In this document: in pieces, positions 1 to 9,704 of the stretch
How positions within the stretch are numbered: position 1 is the first letter of the stretch
Layout: the number at the start of each line of letters is the position of its first letter
Origin: Mollicutes bacterium
GTDB taxonomy: Bacteria > Bacillota_I > Bacilli_A > RF39 > UBA660
Direction of reading: 5' to 3'
Length of the DNA stretch: 40,371 nt
Assembly: GCA_012520435.1 (NCBI GenBank)
Contig: JAAYOI010000077.1
Span: forward strand, 1-40,371
Position numbers and translations under genes: made by a program
Notes under the pieces: generated by a model
Told to the model about the DNA's origin: nothing
What the model saw: only the letters and a program-made list of their open reading frames with translations
The model's database searches: none

Positions 1-190
1 AACCAATTAAAATAACCATTGCGGGATCATAATCAAATAACCAATTTAATATAACACCAATACCACTTACCCCACCATGAACAATTTTATTAGGTAAAAT
101 AAATAAGTTAAAAGAAATAGAAACAATAACTAAGCCTATTAAAAATGATAAATATCTTATAATTTTATTCTTTTTATTTTTTTTAGGCAT
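1..190 (-). CDS. YitT-family membrane protein, 5' part (runs off window)
   Basis: Not in the ORF track. Manual translation gives MPKKNKKNKIIRYLSFLIGLVIVSISFNLFILPNKIVHGGVSGIGVIL, with the F..PN.I..GG.SGI pattern of YitT. RBS GGTGA; the ATG lies just inside the end of prfB. Confidence 0.8.
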   Translation of the reverse strand, partial: MPKKNKKNKIIRYLSFLIGLVIVSISFNLFILPNKIVHGGVSGIGVILNWLFDYDPAMVILIG

Positions 191-1290
191 TCTTATCACC
201 TTTTAAAATACTATTAATAAATAAATCAATATCACCATCTAATACTTTATCAACATTACTAGTTTCTACATCGGTTCGATGATCTTTAACTAATGAATAA
301 GGATGCATAATATAACTTCTTATTTGTGATCCAAAATTAATATCCATCTTTTTACCTTTTATACTTTCTATTTCTTTTTCTTGTTTTTCAAGTTCCAATT
401 GATAAAGTTTATTTTTAAGTATTTCTAAAGCTTTCTCACGATTTTGAATTTGACTACGTTCATTTTGGCAAGTAACAACTATTTTTGTTGGTAAGTGAGT
501 AATTCTTACGGCACTATCAGTTGTATTAACATGTTGTCCACCAGCCCCTGAACTACGATAAACATCTATTTTTAAATCACTTTCTTTTATTTCAATATTA
601 ACAACATTATTATCAAAAAGGGGAGTTACATCAACAGAAGCAAAAGAAGTATGACGCCTTGAATTCGCATCAAATGGCGAAATTCTAATTAAACGATGAA
701 CACCTTTTTCATTTTTTAAATAACCATAAGCATTACGACCTTTAACTAACATTGTTAAACTTTTAATTCCTACTTCTTCACCTGCTTGTTCATCAATAAT
801 TTCTGTTTTATATTTTTTTTCCTCACACCAACGCATATACATACGTTTAAGCATTAAAGCCCAATCACATGATTCTGTTCCACCTGCACCAGCATGTATT
901 TCCAAAATCGCATCATTTTTATCATATGGGCTATTAAGTAATAATTCAACTTCTAAATCAGCTATTTTTTGTTCACATTCATCTTTATTAGCCATAACTA
1001 AATTAAATAGATCTTCATCATACTCTTTTTTTAACATTTCTAATAATTCGATATGATTATTTATTTCTTCTTTATAAGTTATTACATTATTAACGATTTG
1101 TTTTAAACTATTTAATTCATTAATCACTTTTTCACTATTTTGTTTTTCATCCCAAAAATTACTTTGTTGCATCATCATTTCTAATTCTTCTATTCTTTTT
1201 TGCTTAGTATCTAAGTCAAAGGGACCTCCATAAATCATTTATTCTCTTTAAATAGTCATTATATATATTTAATAAAGTAGTAATCTCCAT
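183..1290 (-). CDS. prfB: Peptide chain release factor 2, with programmed +1 frameshift
   Basis: SPF and GGQ motifs. True start is ATG 1290 after GGAGG, giving MEITTLLNIYNDYLKRINDLWRSL, then CTT TGA C and a shift into the long frame. Confidence 0.98.
1215..1229 (-). promoter_or_regulatory. RF2 autoregulatory frameshift site
   Basis: Minus strand reads GGAGGT CC CTTTGAC: an internal Shine-Dalgarno followed by the canonical CTT-TGA-C. Confidence 0.97.
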
Positions 1291-1312
1291 TTCTTATCCT
1301 CCAATCATTTAT

Positions 1313-1341
1313 ATTATAACATATATTATATAAATGGTAAA
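1313..1341 (-). promoter_or_regulatory. sigmaA promoter for prfB
   Basis: TTTACC-17-TATAAT with TG extension. Confidence 0.6.
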
Positions 1342-1417
1342 TTAGAATCTTGAAAAAACTAATTTATTATAGAATATTATTACAAAAAAAAGACTATTAA
1401 CATTTTTTGTCAACAGT

Positions 1418-1807
1418 CTAAAATTGTTTTCTACTTTTTTGTCTTTTTATTTTCATTAATGATATATTTTTTTGTTTTTTATCAGTTGTAACATATGGTT
1501 TTAGAGAATTGCTATCAACATATAATTGTTCTTCATATAAACCACTAGGAAGTGAAGGCATACATAATTCATTATTTTTAATTCTCTTTTCATTTTCAAG
1601 ATATAAATGTACAATATCTAATAAACTTAATCCCTCAATATCAACATATGCATTATCTTTTATTCTAACTAATACAGCATTCTCCTTGTATACTTTTGCT
1701 TCTGTTTCAATATGTCCAAATGCCATACCATCTGATATAAGATGAGGAACTTTTTTATACTTAGTACATAACATTATTGTTCCCGTAAATATTCTACTAT
1801 TTTCCAA
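1418..1807 (-). CDS. Hypothetical protein
   Basis: 129-aa ORF, TTG start with RBS AGGGGGG. Own promoter TTGACA-17-TAATAT (1866-1838) and a hairpin plus T-run just downstream. Confidence 0.75.
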   Translation of the reverse strand: MENSRIFTGTIMLCTKYKKVPHLISDGMAFGHIETEAKVYKENAVLVRIKDNAYVDIEGLSLLDIVHLYLENEKRIKNNELCMPSLPSGLYEEQLYVDSNSLKPYVTTDKKQKNISLMKIKRQKSRKQF

Positions 1808-1884
1808 TCCAAACCCCCCTTTGTTGGTAGTTGCAATATATTAACACTATTTAGTTATTTTGTCAATATAAAAAAACTATTAGA

Positions 1885-2205
1885 TTACCTAATAGTTTCT
1901 ATTAAAAAGATACAATCAACAAAACCTCCACGTTTTTCTTTTTTCATTTTACGAATGTTTTCTAAATCATTCATAGTAAGTTTCTTATATTCTAATATCG
2001 CATAAATTACTTCTAAAACATCAGCTAATTCTTCAACATCATCACTCTTTAAATATTCTTTTATTTCTTCTAATATTTTTTTATCTAATTCTTTTTTATA
2101 TTCTTCATTATCTAAAATTATCGTAACAGTTTTTTCTCCATTTGCTTCAATAATACTAGGAATTTTATCTCTAACCAACTTATTATGCTTCGTCATCTTC
2201 ATCAC
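1885..2205 (-). CDS. MazG-like nucleoside triphosphate pyrophosphohydrolase
   Basis: N-terminal NKLVRDKIP and EE..E / EELADVLEV all-alpha NTP-PPase motifs, with C-terminal K..KRGGF. Confidence 0.9.
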   Translation of the reverse strand: MMKMTKHNKLVRDKIPSIIEANGEKTVTIILDNEEYKKELDKKILEEIKEYLKSDDVEELADVLEVIYAILEYKKLTMNDLENIRKMKKEKRGGFVDCIFLIETIR

Positions 2206-2488
2206 TGGTATTTATTTTCTTTAAAACAAAGTAACGACAATCATAAGCACAATAATTTTTAATATATTCATCTTTATTATTGATATCATTAATTTTACGA
2301 TAAATTGGATTACCAGAATAACAAAATCCTTTTAATCGCAATTTACCGTATGCCCAATCACCAATAACATAATCATAATCATCAAAATATTCTGTCATTT
2401 TTTCCGTGACATCTGTAAGTGAAAACCCATCTTTGTAATTTTCAATTAATTCATAATAATTATCATTAATCTTATATTTTTTTACCAT
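2183..2488 (-). CDS. yutD: YutD-family (DUF1027) protein
   Basis: YDYVIGDWAYGKLRLKGF and YCAYDCRYFVLKK motifs. Likely start MVKKY at 2488. Confidence 0.88.
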   Translation of the reverse strand: MVKKYKINDNYYELIENYKDGFSLTDVTEKMTEYFDDYDYVIGDWAYGKLRLKGFCYSGNPIYRKINDINNKDEYIKNYCAYDCRYFVLKKINTSDEDDEA

Positions 2489-2489
2489 A

Positions 2490-4184
2490 CTAATAATCCT
2501 TTTTAAATGCTGGTGCAACAGCTTTATATTTTTCTAAACTAGATCCTGCATTCCATGTCATAAAACCACCATCTAAACCCGCATTATATAAGCCCCTTAT
2601 CTGTTCTTCAATTTTACTTGCATCATAAGTTATATAAGGTGCTCTAATAGTGTCATAAGTTTGAATCCAAGTTCTAACAATAGCAGGAGTTGGAATTTCA
2701 CTTTGACGTTTAACTACATAATTAGTACCCCAAAATTTAAGTAATTCATATGGTACTGTCCATACTACTTCTTTAAAACCATATTCATAAGCATTGAAAT
2801 GATCTGGATATGGCATCGCACTAATAACATCTACAACATTGGAAATAGCTCCCCAATATTGACCATAGCCAGTTACATAAGTATGAGCAGCTTCACCAAA
2901 AACATCAGCTGAAACGTAAACTCCTTCCTTATGAATTTCATCACAAGCATACATTAAAAATCCTTGTATCGCTTGTGCTTTTTCTTCATTATAAGTATTT
3001 CTCATATCAATTTTACCATTTTTTTCAAGACTATAAGTACGATCTGGAAAACGAACATAATCAAATTGTATTTCGTTAAATCCCATTTCTCGAACTGCTT
3101 CTTTCGCCAGTTCTACATTAAATTCCCAAACAGCTCGACTATAAGCTGATGGCCAATAAGAACTATTATGTTTAAATGGTTGACCAGTTGCAGCATCTAA
3201 AATCGCATCCTCCGGATGATCTTGAACATAATTATAATCTTTAAAAACACTAATACGACCAATTACATAAAAACCTTCATCTTTTAGTTTTTTAATCGCA
3301 TTTTTATACGTTTCATAACTATTATAAGCTTTCTTATAATTAGTAGGTGACTTTTCTTTCATAACGGAAGATGGATATCCCGTTGGTCCACTATCTTTTA
3401 TATCAACTACAAAAGCATTGATATTATTATTTTTCGCAATCTTAATATATTCATCAACTCTACTTACTACGGTTGTATTTAAATATAAAGCACGTACTTC
3501 TTTAGGCATAACATTATTTTCAAAAATAGGTTTTTCAACCGGATAAAAATCTAAATTAGTAGCCGAACCTCCACCTTGTGTATCAGTACGTTTCGTATGA
3601 ATCTTATATATACCATCTTCATCATAATTTTTTAATGCTTCTTCTTTAGTACTAACCATATATTTACTATAAGCATATCCAATTGAATCATTATGTTTTA
3701 TTTTATAAAGATTTACTTTGCCATTTTCATCTAATTTATCAAATCCTAATATTTCTAATTCACTACCTTTTTTAGCCATTGATAAAATCTTACCACTTTC
3801 AGCATCTTTATAAATAGTAAGTGGTGTTCTAACATATAATGTTTTTTCTAAAACAACATCTTCTATCTTATCAACTAAAGCTTCTTTTCTAACTAGATAT
3901 TCTTTATTTTGATATTCAATCTTTGTATATTTTTCTTCACCTTTTTCACTAGTAACATCTTGTTCTAAAACCTTCACTTTAGTACCACGAATAATATTAT
4001 CAACTTCTTTAAATTCTAAATCATATAAAATTATTTCAGGACTTGTTCCAGCAATATACATATCATTAAATTTAATACTCTTTTCATTCAAAAAAACAAC
4101 TAAAAAATACCCTAAAATACTTAATATTATTAATCCTAAAAAGAAAAATATTATTTTTTTTCTTTTTTTTGCTTTTTTCTTCAT
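2490..4184 (-). CDS. Membrane-anchored putative glycoside hydrolase (DUF4015-like) with N-terminal SH3-like region
   Basis: N-terminal TM helix; INAFVVDIKD, IGRISVFKD, GFNEIQFDYVRFP, SADVFG and MPYPDHF motifs. Confidence 0.8.
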   Translation of the reverse strand: MKKKAKKRKKIIFFFLGLIILSILGYFLVVFLNEKSIKFNDMYIAGTSPEIILYDLEFKEVDNIIRGTKVKVLEQDVTSEKGEEKYTKIEYQNKEYLVRKEALVDKIEDVVLEKTLYVRTPLTIYKDAESGKILSMAKKGSELEILGFDKLDENGKVNLYKIKHNDSIGYAYSKYMVSTKEEALKNYDEDGIYKIHTKRTDTQGGGSATNLDFYPVEKPIFENNVMPKEVRALYLNTTVVSRVDEYIKIAKNNNINAFVVDIKDSGPTGYPSSVMKEKSPTNYKKAYNSYETYKNAIKKLKDEGFYVIGRISVFKDYNYVQDHPEDAILDAATGQPFKHNSSYWPSAYSRAVWEFNVELAKEAVREMGFNEIQFDYVRFPDRTYSLEKNGKIDMRNTYNEEKAQAIQGFLMYACDEIHKEGVYVSADVFGEAAHTYVTGYGQYWGAISNVVDVISAMPYPDHFNAYEYGFKEVVWTVPYELLKFWGTNYVVKRQSEIPTPAIVRTWIQTYDTIRAPYITYDASKIEEQIRGLYNAGLDGGFMTWNAGSSLEKYKAVAPAFKKDY

Positions 4185-4248
4185 ATTATCACCCTTTTAC
4201 TATTATTAACCTTTTTTGCATAACATTAGTATATCACATTTTATTATC

Positions 4249-5028
4249 TTATTCTACTGGGATTGCTAAATTTGGTGAAATTTTATCAAATCCTTGAAAA
4301 TAGTAATTAGGTATTCTTCCTTGAATTAATTTTATAGCTACTGGAATATTATTTTCAACTGTAATTTTTTTAGAAGCAAAAGGAAGAATAATTTGTTCAC
4401 TAACAGACATATTAATACTTACCTCAATCATAGCATTATTAATTCCATAATTAGTTACTTTAGTTCTAATATTACTAACAATATCACCAACTAAATTTAA
4501 TTTAACTGGTATTTTTGGTCCTATATTAGATAACATTGGATTATTAAAAACTATCCAACTTGGTATTTCAAAAATAATACCTTTTTTTAATTTATTCTTA
4601 TCATAATCAATAGTAATATTATCAGGTATACTTAAGTCATCAATTTCTCCTTCTTCTATTTTCTTTAAATTAAGATGAACTGTATTAGTAATTAAAGTTA
4701 ATAACTTATTAACAATTAAAGGATTAAAATCAATTGTTTTTATTTCACCATTACTATCTTTGGTTATTAAAAATAATTCTGATATATCCATATCATCACT
4801 TATTTGTTTAGAAATAGCTTTATTAATAATTAAAGTAGAAAACTTTTTTAATTCTAATTCAGCATAATCCATTAAAACAGGTGTTACTTTAGTATTAATG
4901 AAATTAAAGGTAATAAAGATAAAAATAATAAGTAAAATAATAACAAAAATTAAAATTGAACTTTTTTTCATCTTAATATTTTTAGGTACAATAATTATTT
5001 TTTTACGCAAATGCGCTTTTTTATGCAT
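4249..5028 (-). CDS. yunB: Sporulation protein YunB
   Basis: TM helix, then GPKIPVK, GINN and IQGRIPNYY motifs. Near yutD as in Bacillus. Confidence 0.9.
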   Translation of the reverse strand: MHKKAHLRKKIIIVPKNIKMKKSSILIFVIILLIIFIFITFNFINTKVTPVLMDYAELELKKFSTLIINKAISKQISDDMDISELFLITKDSNGEIKTIDFNPLIVNKLLTLITNTVHLNLKKIEEGEIDDLSIPDNITIDYDKNKLKKGIIFEIPSWIVFNNPMLSNIGPKIPVKLNLVGDIVSNIRTKVTNYGINNAMIEVSINMSVSEQIILPFASKKITVENNIPVAIKLIQGRIPNYYFQGFDKISPNLAIPVE

Positions 5029-5099
5029 AATATCACCTATTTTATTTTATGTTTTTGTATAATATAATAGAAACAGTTAAAAATATTAGTGGTGATATT

Positions 5100-5558
5100 A
5101 TGAAAATAAAAGATATTATGACTCGTGATTTAGTTATAGGTAATATAGATTCAACTATATCAGAAATTTCAAAGATAATGCAACAAGCTGATATTGGATT
5201 TGTACCTATTGCTGATGGTAATAAAATAGTTGGTATTATAACTGATCGTGATATTGTTATAAGAGCTTTAGCAAATAATGCTGAAAGTAATACGGAAGTT
5301 GAAAAATATATGACTACTAATATTATTAGTATTGAACAAGATAAGACAATTGAAGATGCAATTAATTTGATGGGAAAAGAACAAATAAAAAGATTAATTA
5401 TTACGAATAATAATAAGGTAGTAGGAATATTATCATTATCAGATATTATTAATATGGATGTTAATAGTAATTTAGTTTTAGAAAATCAAAAGAAAATATG
5501 GGAAAAATCAAGAAATACTGATGAATATAAAACAGAAATTGATGATTTTTACTTATAA
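5100..5558 (+). CDS. CBS-domain pair protein (YhcV-like)
   Basis: MKIKDIMT, GIITDRDIVIR, VGILSLSDI. Start moved to ATG 5100 after GGTGA. Confidence 0.9.
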   Translation: MKIKDIMTRDLVIGNIDSTISEISKIMQQADIGFVPIADGNKIVGIITDRDIVIRALANNAESNTEVEKYMTTNIISIEQDKTIEDAINLMGKEQIKRLIITNNNKVVGILSLSDIINMDVNSNLVLENQKKIWEKSRNTDEYKTEIDDFYL

Positions 5559-5589
5559 AAAAAAAGAAATGTAACATTCCTTTTTTAAT

Positions 5590-6273
5590 TTAAGGAGTTG
5601 GAACTGCACGAACCCATACTGTTCTAATAGCAGTTGCGGTTTTACCATCAGCTTGTTTAACTATATACTTAATGGTGTATTGCCCTGCAGTATTAGTAAA
5701 ATTATTTTCATCAACTGTCTCACCAAGAATATTATATATCGTTTTTTCAAAACAATCATCACACACATCTATATCAAATATAACACCAGCACTATTTTTA
5801 GCAATAACTCCTGGATCAATAAAAGGTTCACCTACATTAACATATTCAAGAGCATTTCCTACTAATTCAATAGTTGGTAAAGTTATATCTAAATCATTAT
5901 TAGGATTACCAGAATCTTCAATAACATCATAAATATAAGTATTATTATACTTCGTTATAGTTATTTCCATATCATTAGGAAATAACTCCTTTGTTTTGGG
6001 ATTACGAATATCAAATTCTACAAAACCACCCATTTTTAATTGCCCTAAAGTTAAAGTAAGACTCTCATCATGTTCTTGCGGTAAACTAAATACATTTTCA
6101 GCCGCCCATGCTTTTGCTCCTGCTTCAATATAAGAAATTTGTACTTGATATAATTTTTCTTTAGCATTTTTTATTGATCTATTAACAGCTGGAACAGCAA
6201 TTATTGTAATAACGCTTAAAATGATAATAGTAGCTAGCAATTCTATTAAAGTAAAACCCTTATTACCTTTCAT
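5590..6273 (-). CDS. Type IV pilin-like protein with C-terminal Ig-like (DUF5011-type) domain
   Basis: Class III signal KG/FTLIELLATIII. The C-terminus PTIELVG..VNVGEPFIDPG...GQYTIKY...RTVWV is typical of DUF5011. Confidence 0.85.
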   Translation of the reverse strand: MKGNKGFTLIELLATIIILSVITIIAVPAVNRSIKNAKEKLYQVQISYIEAGAKAWAAENVFSLPQEHDESLTLTLGQLKMGGFVEFDIRNPKTKELFPNDMEITITKYNNTYIYDVIEDSGNPNNDLDITLPTIELVGNALEYVNVGEPFIDPGVIAKNSAGVIFDIDVCDDCFEKTIYNILGETVDENNFTNTAGQYTIKYIVKQADGKTATAIRTVWVRAVPTP

Positions 6274-6346
6274 TACTATCTCTCCTTACTATGTATATCT
6301 TACAATAAAATAAATATAAATGTCAATCAATCTATTTTCTTTTTTA

Positions 6347-6373
6347 AAAAACAATACCGAAAGGTATTGTTTT
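6347..6373. terminator. Intrinsic terminator after nrdG
   Basis: AAAAACAATACC-GAAA-GGTATTGTTTT hairpin flanked by A/T runs. Confidence 0.85.
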
Positions 6374-6936
6374 TAAACAAACATATATTTATCACGTACT
6401 GCCAAATTTTGTTCATGCTTTTCTTCAATATATTTTGGAATAAGTACAGATTTCTTTCTTTTTAAACTTTTCTTAACATCGATAATTCTTTGATTTCGTG
6501 AACCTCTAAATTTTAAATTTAAACTTTTTTCTTCTAAAATGAATCGACCATCAACAAGAACATCAATATTTTCTAAAAACTTTAAAATATTTGAATTTTC
6601 TTTACTCATTTCCATTAATTCTTCAAAAGTAAAACCTGTATAACACCAAACATTTAATCCTTTTTTCTGACAATGAGTAGCTATTTCTAAACAGGCATCA
6701 ACTTGACAAAATGGTTCACCACCAGAAAAAGTTAATCCATCTTGTATTTTTAAATTATCAATTTGGTTTTTTATTTCCGAAACTTTAACTAGAAATCCCC
6801 CTTTGAAAGAATGTGTTTTAGGATTATGGCATCCAGGACAATTATGAATACATCCTTGTGTCCAAATAACAGTTCTTAACCCTTCACCATCAACAATACT
6901 ATCAAATTGAAGATCTTCAGCTAATCTAATTCGCAT
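6373..6936 (-). CDS. nrdG: Anaerobic ribonucleotide reductase activating enzyme
   Basis: SIVDGEGLR, radical-SAM motif CIHNCPGC, SGGEPF and FRGSRNQR. Overlaps the end of nrdD. Confidence 0.97.
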   Translation of the reverse strand: MRIRLAEDLQFDSIVDGEGLRTVIWTQGCIHNCPGCHNPKTHSFKGGFLVKVSEIKNQIDNLKIQDGLTFSGGEPFCQVDACLEIATHCQKKGLNVWCYTGFTFEELMEMSKENSNILKFLENIDVLVDGRFILEEKSLNLKFRGSRNQRIIDVKKSLKRKKSVLIPKYIEEKHEQNLAVRDKYMFV

Positions 6937-9305
6937 GGAAGATTGTGTTTGATACGATCCTTTTCTTCAGCCCGTTTAGCATTATTGAATCTATCAAGGG
7001 TTCCAACTAAATAACCTGTTATTCTTCTTATTCTTTCAAAAGGAATTCCGTCAGCTTCGGTACGTCCACAACCAGGACAAATATCATTTATTACACCTGT
7101 AAATCCACAAACAGGATCACGATCAACAGGATGATTAATAGCCCCATATCCAACGCCTGCTTCTTTCATTGCACGAACAATCTTTTCAAATGCTTCTGTA
7201 TTTTCAGTAGTATCACCATCAAGTTCAATATAAGTAATATGACCAGCATTAGTAAAAACATGATATGGTGCTTCTAATTCAATTTTTTCAAAAGCTGAAA
7301 TTGGATAATAAACAGGAATATGGAAAGAATTAGTATAATAATCACGATCTGTTACATCTGGAATTTTTCCATAAATAGCTTTGTCAATAGCCGTAAATCT
7401 TCCTGCTAAACCTTCAGCTGGGGTTGCAATTAAAGTGAAATTAAGATTAAATTTTTCTGAGAATTCATCAGTTTTTTTACGCATAAAGCCAATTATTTTT
7501 AACCCTAACTCTTGTGCTTCTTTACTTTCACCATGGTGTTTACCAATAAGTGCTTTCAAGCATTCAGCTAATCCAATAAAACCAATTGTTAAAGTACCAT
7601 GTTTTAATACTTTACGAAGTTTATCACTTGGTTTTAATTTTTCAGAATCAATCCAAACACCTTGTCCAAGTAAAAATGGGAAATTATAAATTCTTTTATT
7701 ACATTGAATTTCAAATCTTTCAAGTAATTGATCTCTAACTAATTCTATTTTTTCTTCTAATTCCGCAAAGAATCCATCTAAATCAGGTTTCTTATTATTT
7801 ATAATTCCATATTTAATTCCTAATCTTGGTAAATTAATAGAAGTAAATGATAAATTACCACGTCCTGGTGTAATTGCTTTATCTTCATCAACAACATTAG
7901 CAATAACCCTTGTACGACATCCCATATATGCAACTTCAGTATCATAATTACCTGGTTTATAGAATTGTAAATTGAAAGGTGCATCAAGGAAAGAGAAATT
8001 AGGGAATAATCTTTTAGCTGAAACTTTGCACGCTAATTTAAATAAGTCGTAGTTTGGATCCCCTTCATTATAATTAACACCTTCTTTTAATTTAAAAATA
8101 GAAATTGGGAAAATTGGAGTTTCATGTTTACCCAAACCTGCATCTGCTGCCAACAAGTAATTCTTAATAACCATACGTCCTTCTGGTGAGATATCAGTAC
8201 CAAAATTGACAGTAGAGAATGGAACTTGGGCACCAGCGCGTGAATGCATTGTATTTAAATTATGAATAAATGCTTCCATTGCTTGATAAGTAATACGTTC
8301 TGTTTTTTGAAGTGCTTTTTCATAAGCTTTTTGAAAAAGTTTGGCAACAACATCAGAATTTTTCCAAAAACGTTCAAAAATATTAATATCAATTTCAATA
8401 CTTTCTAATTTATCAACTTCTTTAATAACAGTATCAATATTGATGAATTTTGCAAAATCAGTTACATCAAGGAAATCATAAAGATGTTGCTTAAATTGTT
8501 TCCTAAAAGTTTTAATAACTCCTGGAGCCATATAAAAATCAAAAGCTGGAATACTTTGTCCACCATGTTGATCATTTTGATTTGATTGAATTGCAATAGC
8601 CGCTAAAGCTGTATAAGACATAATATCATTTGGTTCTCTTAAATGTCCATGACCAGTTGAAAAACCATTTTTAAATAGTTTACCAATATCAATTTGCGTA
8701 CAAGTCGTTGTTCCCATGGCAAGAAAATCCATATCATGAATATGAATTTCCCCACTTTCATGAGCATCGACAAACTTCTTTTTTATCAAATAAGATTTTG
8801 AAAATTCTTTAGAAACCGTACTACCATATTGAAGCATTGTTCCCATGGCAGTATTACCATCTACATTGGCATTTTCTCTTTTTGTATCTTCTTCATGAGC
8901 TGATTTAAGCACTAGACTTTCAATTGCTTTTAAGAATTTATGTTGCTTTTTTTGATCAAAAAACATTTGACGTGATTGCGCACGACGTTCACGATATTCT
9001 GAGAAAGATGTATAAACATCATCATATCCTTCTAATCTTAATTCTTCTTCGATAATATCTTGAATATCTTCAATTTTAATCTTTTCTGCCCCAGCATCCA
9101 CATATTCTTTTTCAATACGTTTAAGAACCGCTAAATAAACCTTATTAACATCATTTTCCGAATATTTAGGCTCATCCTCATTTATTTTAATGCTATCAAA
9201 TCCTTTTTTGATAGCAACTGCAATTTTAGTGCCATTAAATTCTACCTTCTTGCCATCTCTTTTAATTACCGTTAATTTACTTAACTTTTCTTCCATACTT
9301 GTCAT
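6921..9305 (-). CDS. nrdD: Class III anaerobic ribonucleoside-triphosphate reductase with ATP cone
   Basis: VIKRDG ATP cone, IHIHDMD, YMGCRT, YYTNSFH and the RITGYL glycyl-radical loop. Confidence 0.98.
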   Translation of the reverse strand: MTSMEEKLSKLTVIKRDGKKVEFNGTKIAVAIKKGFDSIKINEDEPKYSENDVNKVYLAVLKRIEKEYVDAGAEKIKIEDIQDIIEEELRLEGYDDVYTSFSEYRERRAQSRQMFFDQKKQHKFLKAIESLVLKSAHEEDTKRENANVDGNTAMGTMLQYGSTVSKEFSKSYLIKKKFVDAHESGEIHIHDMDFLAMGTTTCTQIDIGKLFKNGFSTGHGHLREPNDIMSYTALAAIAIQSNQNDQHGGQSIPAFDFYMAPGVIKTFRKQFKQHLYDFLDVTDFAKFINIDTVIKEVDKLESIEIDINIFERFWKNSDVVAKLFQKAYEKALQKTERITYQAMEAFIHNLNTMHSRAGAQVPFSTVNFGTDISPEGRMVIKNYLLAADAGLGKHETPIFPISIFKLKEGVNYNEGDPNYDLFKLACKVSAKRLFPNFSFLDAPFNLQFYKPGNYDTEVAYMGCRTRVIANVVDEDKAITPGRGNLSFTSINLPRLGIKYGIINNKKPDLDGFFAELEEKIELVRDQLLERFEIQCNKRIYNFPFLLGQGVWIDSEKLKPSDKLRKVLKHGTLTIGFIGLAECLKALIGKHHGESKEAQELGLKIIGFMRKKTDEFSEKFNLNFTLIATPAEGLAGRFTAIDKAIYGKIPDVTDRDYYTNSFHIPVYYPISAFEKIELEAPYHVFTNAGHITYIELDGDTTENTEAFEKIVRAMKEAGVGYGAINHPVDRDPVCGFTGVINDICPGCGRTEADGIPFERIRRITGYLVGTLDRFNNAKRAEEKDRIKHNLPCELD

Positions 9306-9340
9306 TTTAATATACCTCCCTATCTTTCTAATTCACTTTT

Positions 9341-9369
9341 ATTATATCTCGGCCAATATGAAAAGTCAA
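9341..9369 (-). promoter_or_regulatory. sigmaA promoter of nrdDG
   Basis: TTGACT-17-TATAAT upstream of the GGGAGG RBS. Confidence 0.85.
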
Positions 9370-9380
9370 ACAAAAGTTCG
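9367..9380. promoter_or_regulatory. Putative LexA (Cheo/SOS) box overlapping the nrdD -35
   Basis: Minus strand CGAACTTTTGTTTG is 13/14 identical to the box upstream of recA (CGAACATTTGTTTG). Confidence 0.65.
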
Positions 9381-9704
9381 TATCTTTTTAAACTTTTTTT
9401 TATCATTTTCATATTATCCCTTACAATTTAATATTTTCCCAAATTTTAAAGTTTTTGTAAAGTAGGTTTTTTAAAAATGTTGATTTTTTTTAAAATTTTT
9501 TTGTTAATAAAAATGTTATCTTCCAATTAACTTTTTAATTTATTTCTTTATTTTCAATACATGTTTTAAAAATAATATAAAAAATAAACTTTTTGTTAAT
9601 TAAAATTTTTTTTAATTTTTTTAATTTTTTGAAAATTTAATTTTTAAAAAAATTTATTTTTTTAAAATTTTTTCAATTAAAAAATATTTGAAAAATTCAA
9701 ATAT

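Noticed and set aside
1309-1336. dif-like ATAA-CATATA-TTATATAAA
   Set aside because: The left arm does not match Firmicutes dif, and the prfB promoter explains the sequence.
9320-9412. 30-codon minus-strand ORF (MKMIKKSLKRYELLFDFSYWPRYNKSELER) ending at the nrdD RBS, a possible leader peptide
   Set aside because: It spans the nrdD promoter and LexA box, so it starts upstream of the likely transcript. The RBS is weak and chance is the simpler explanation.
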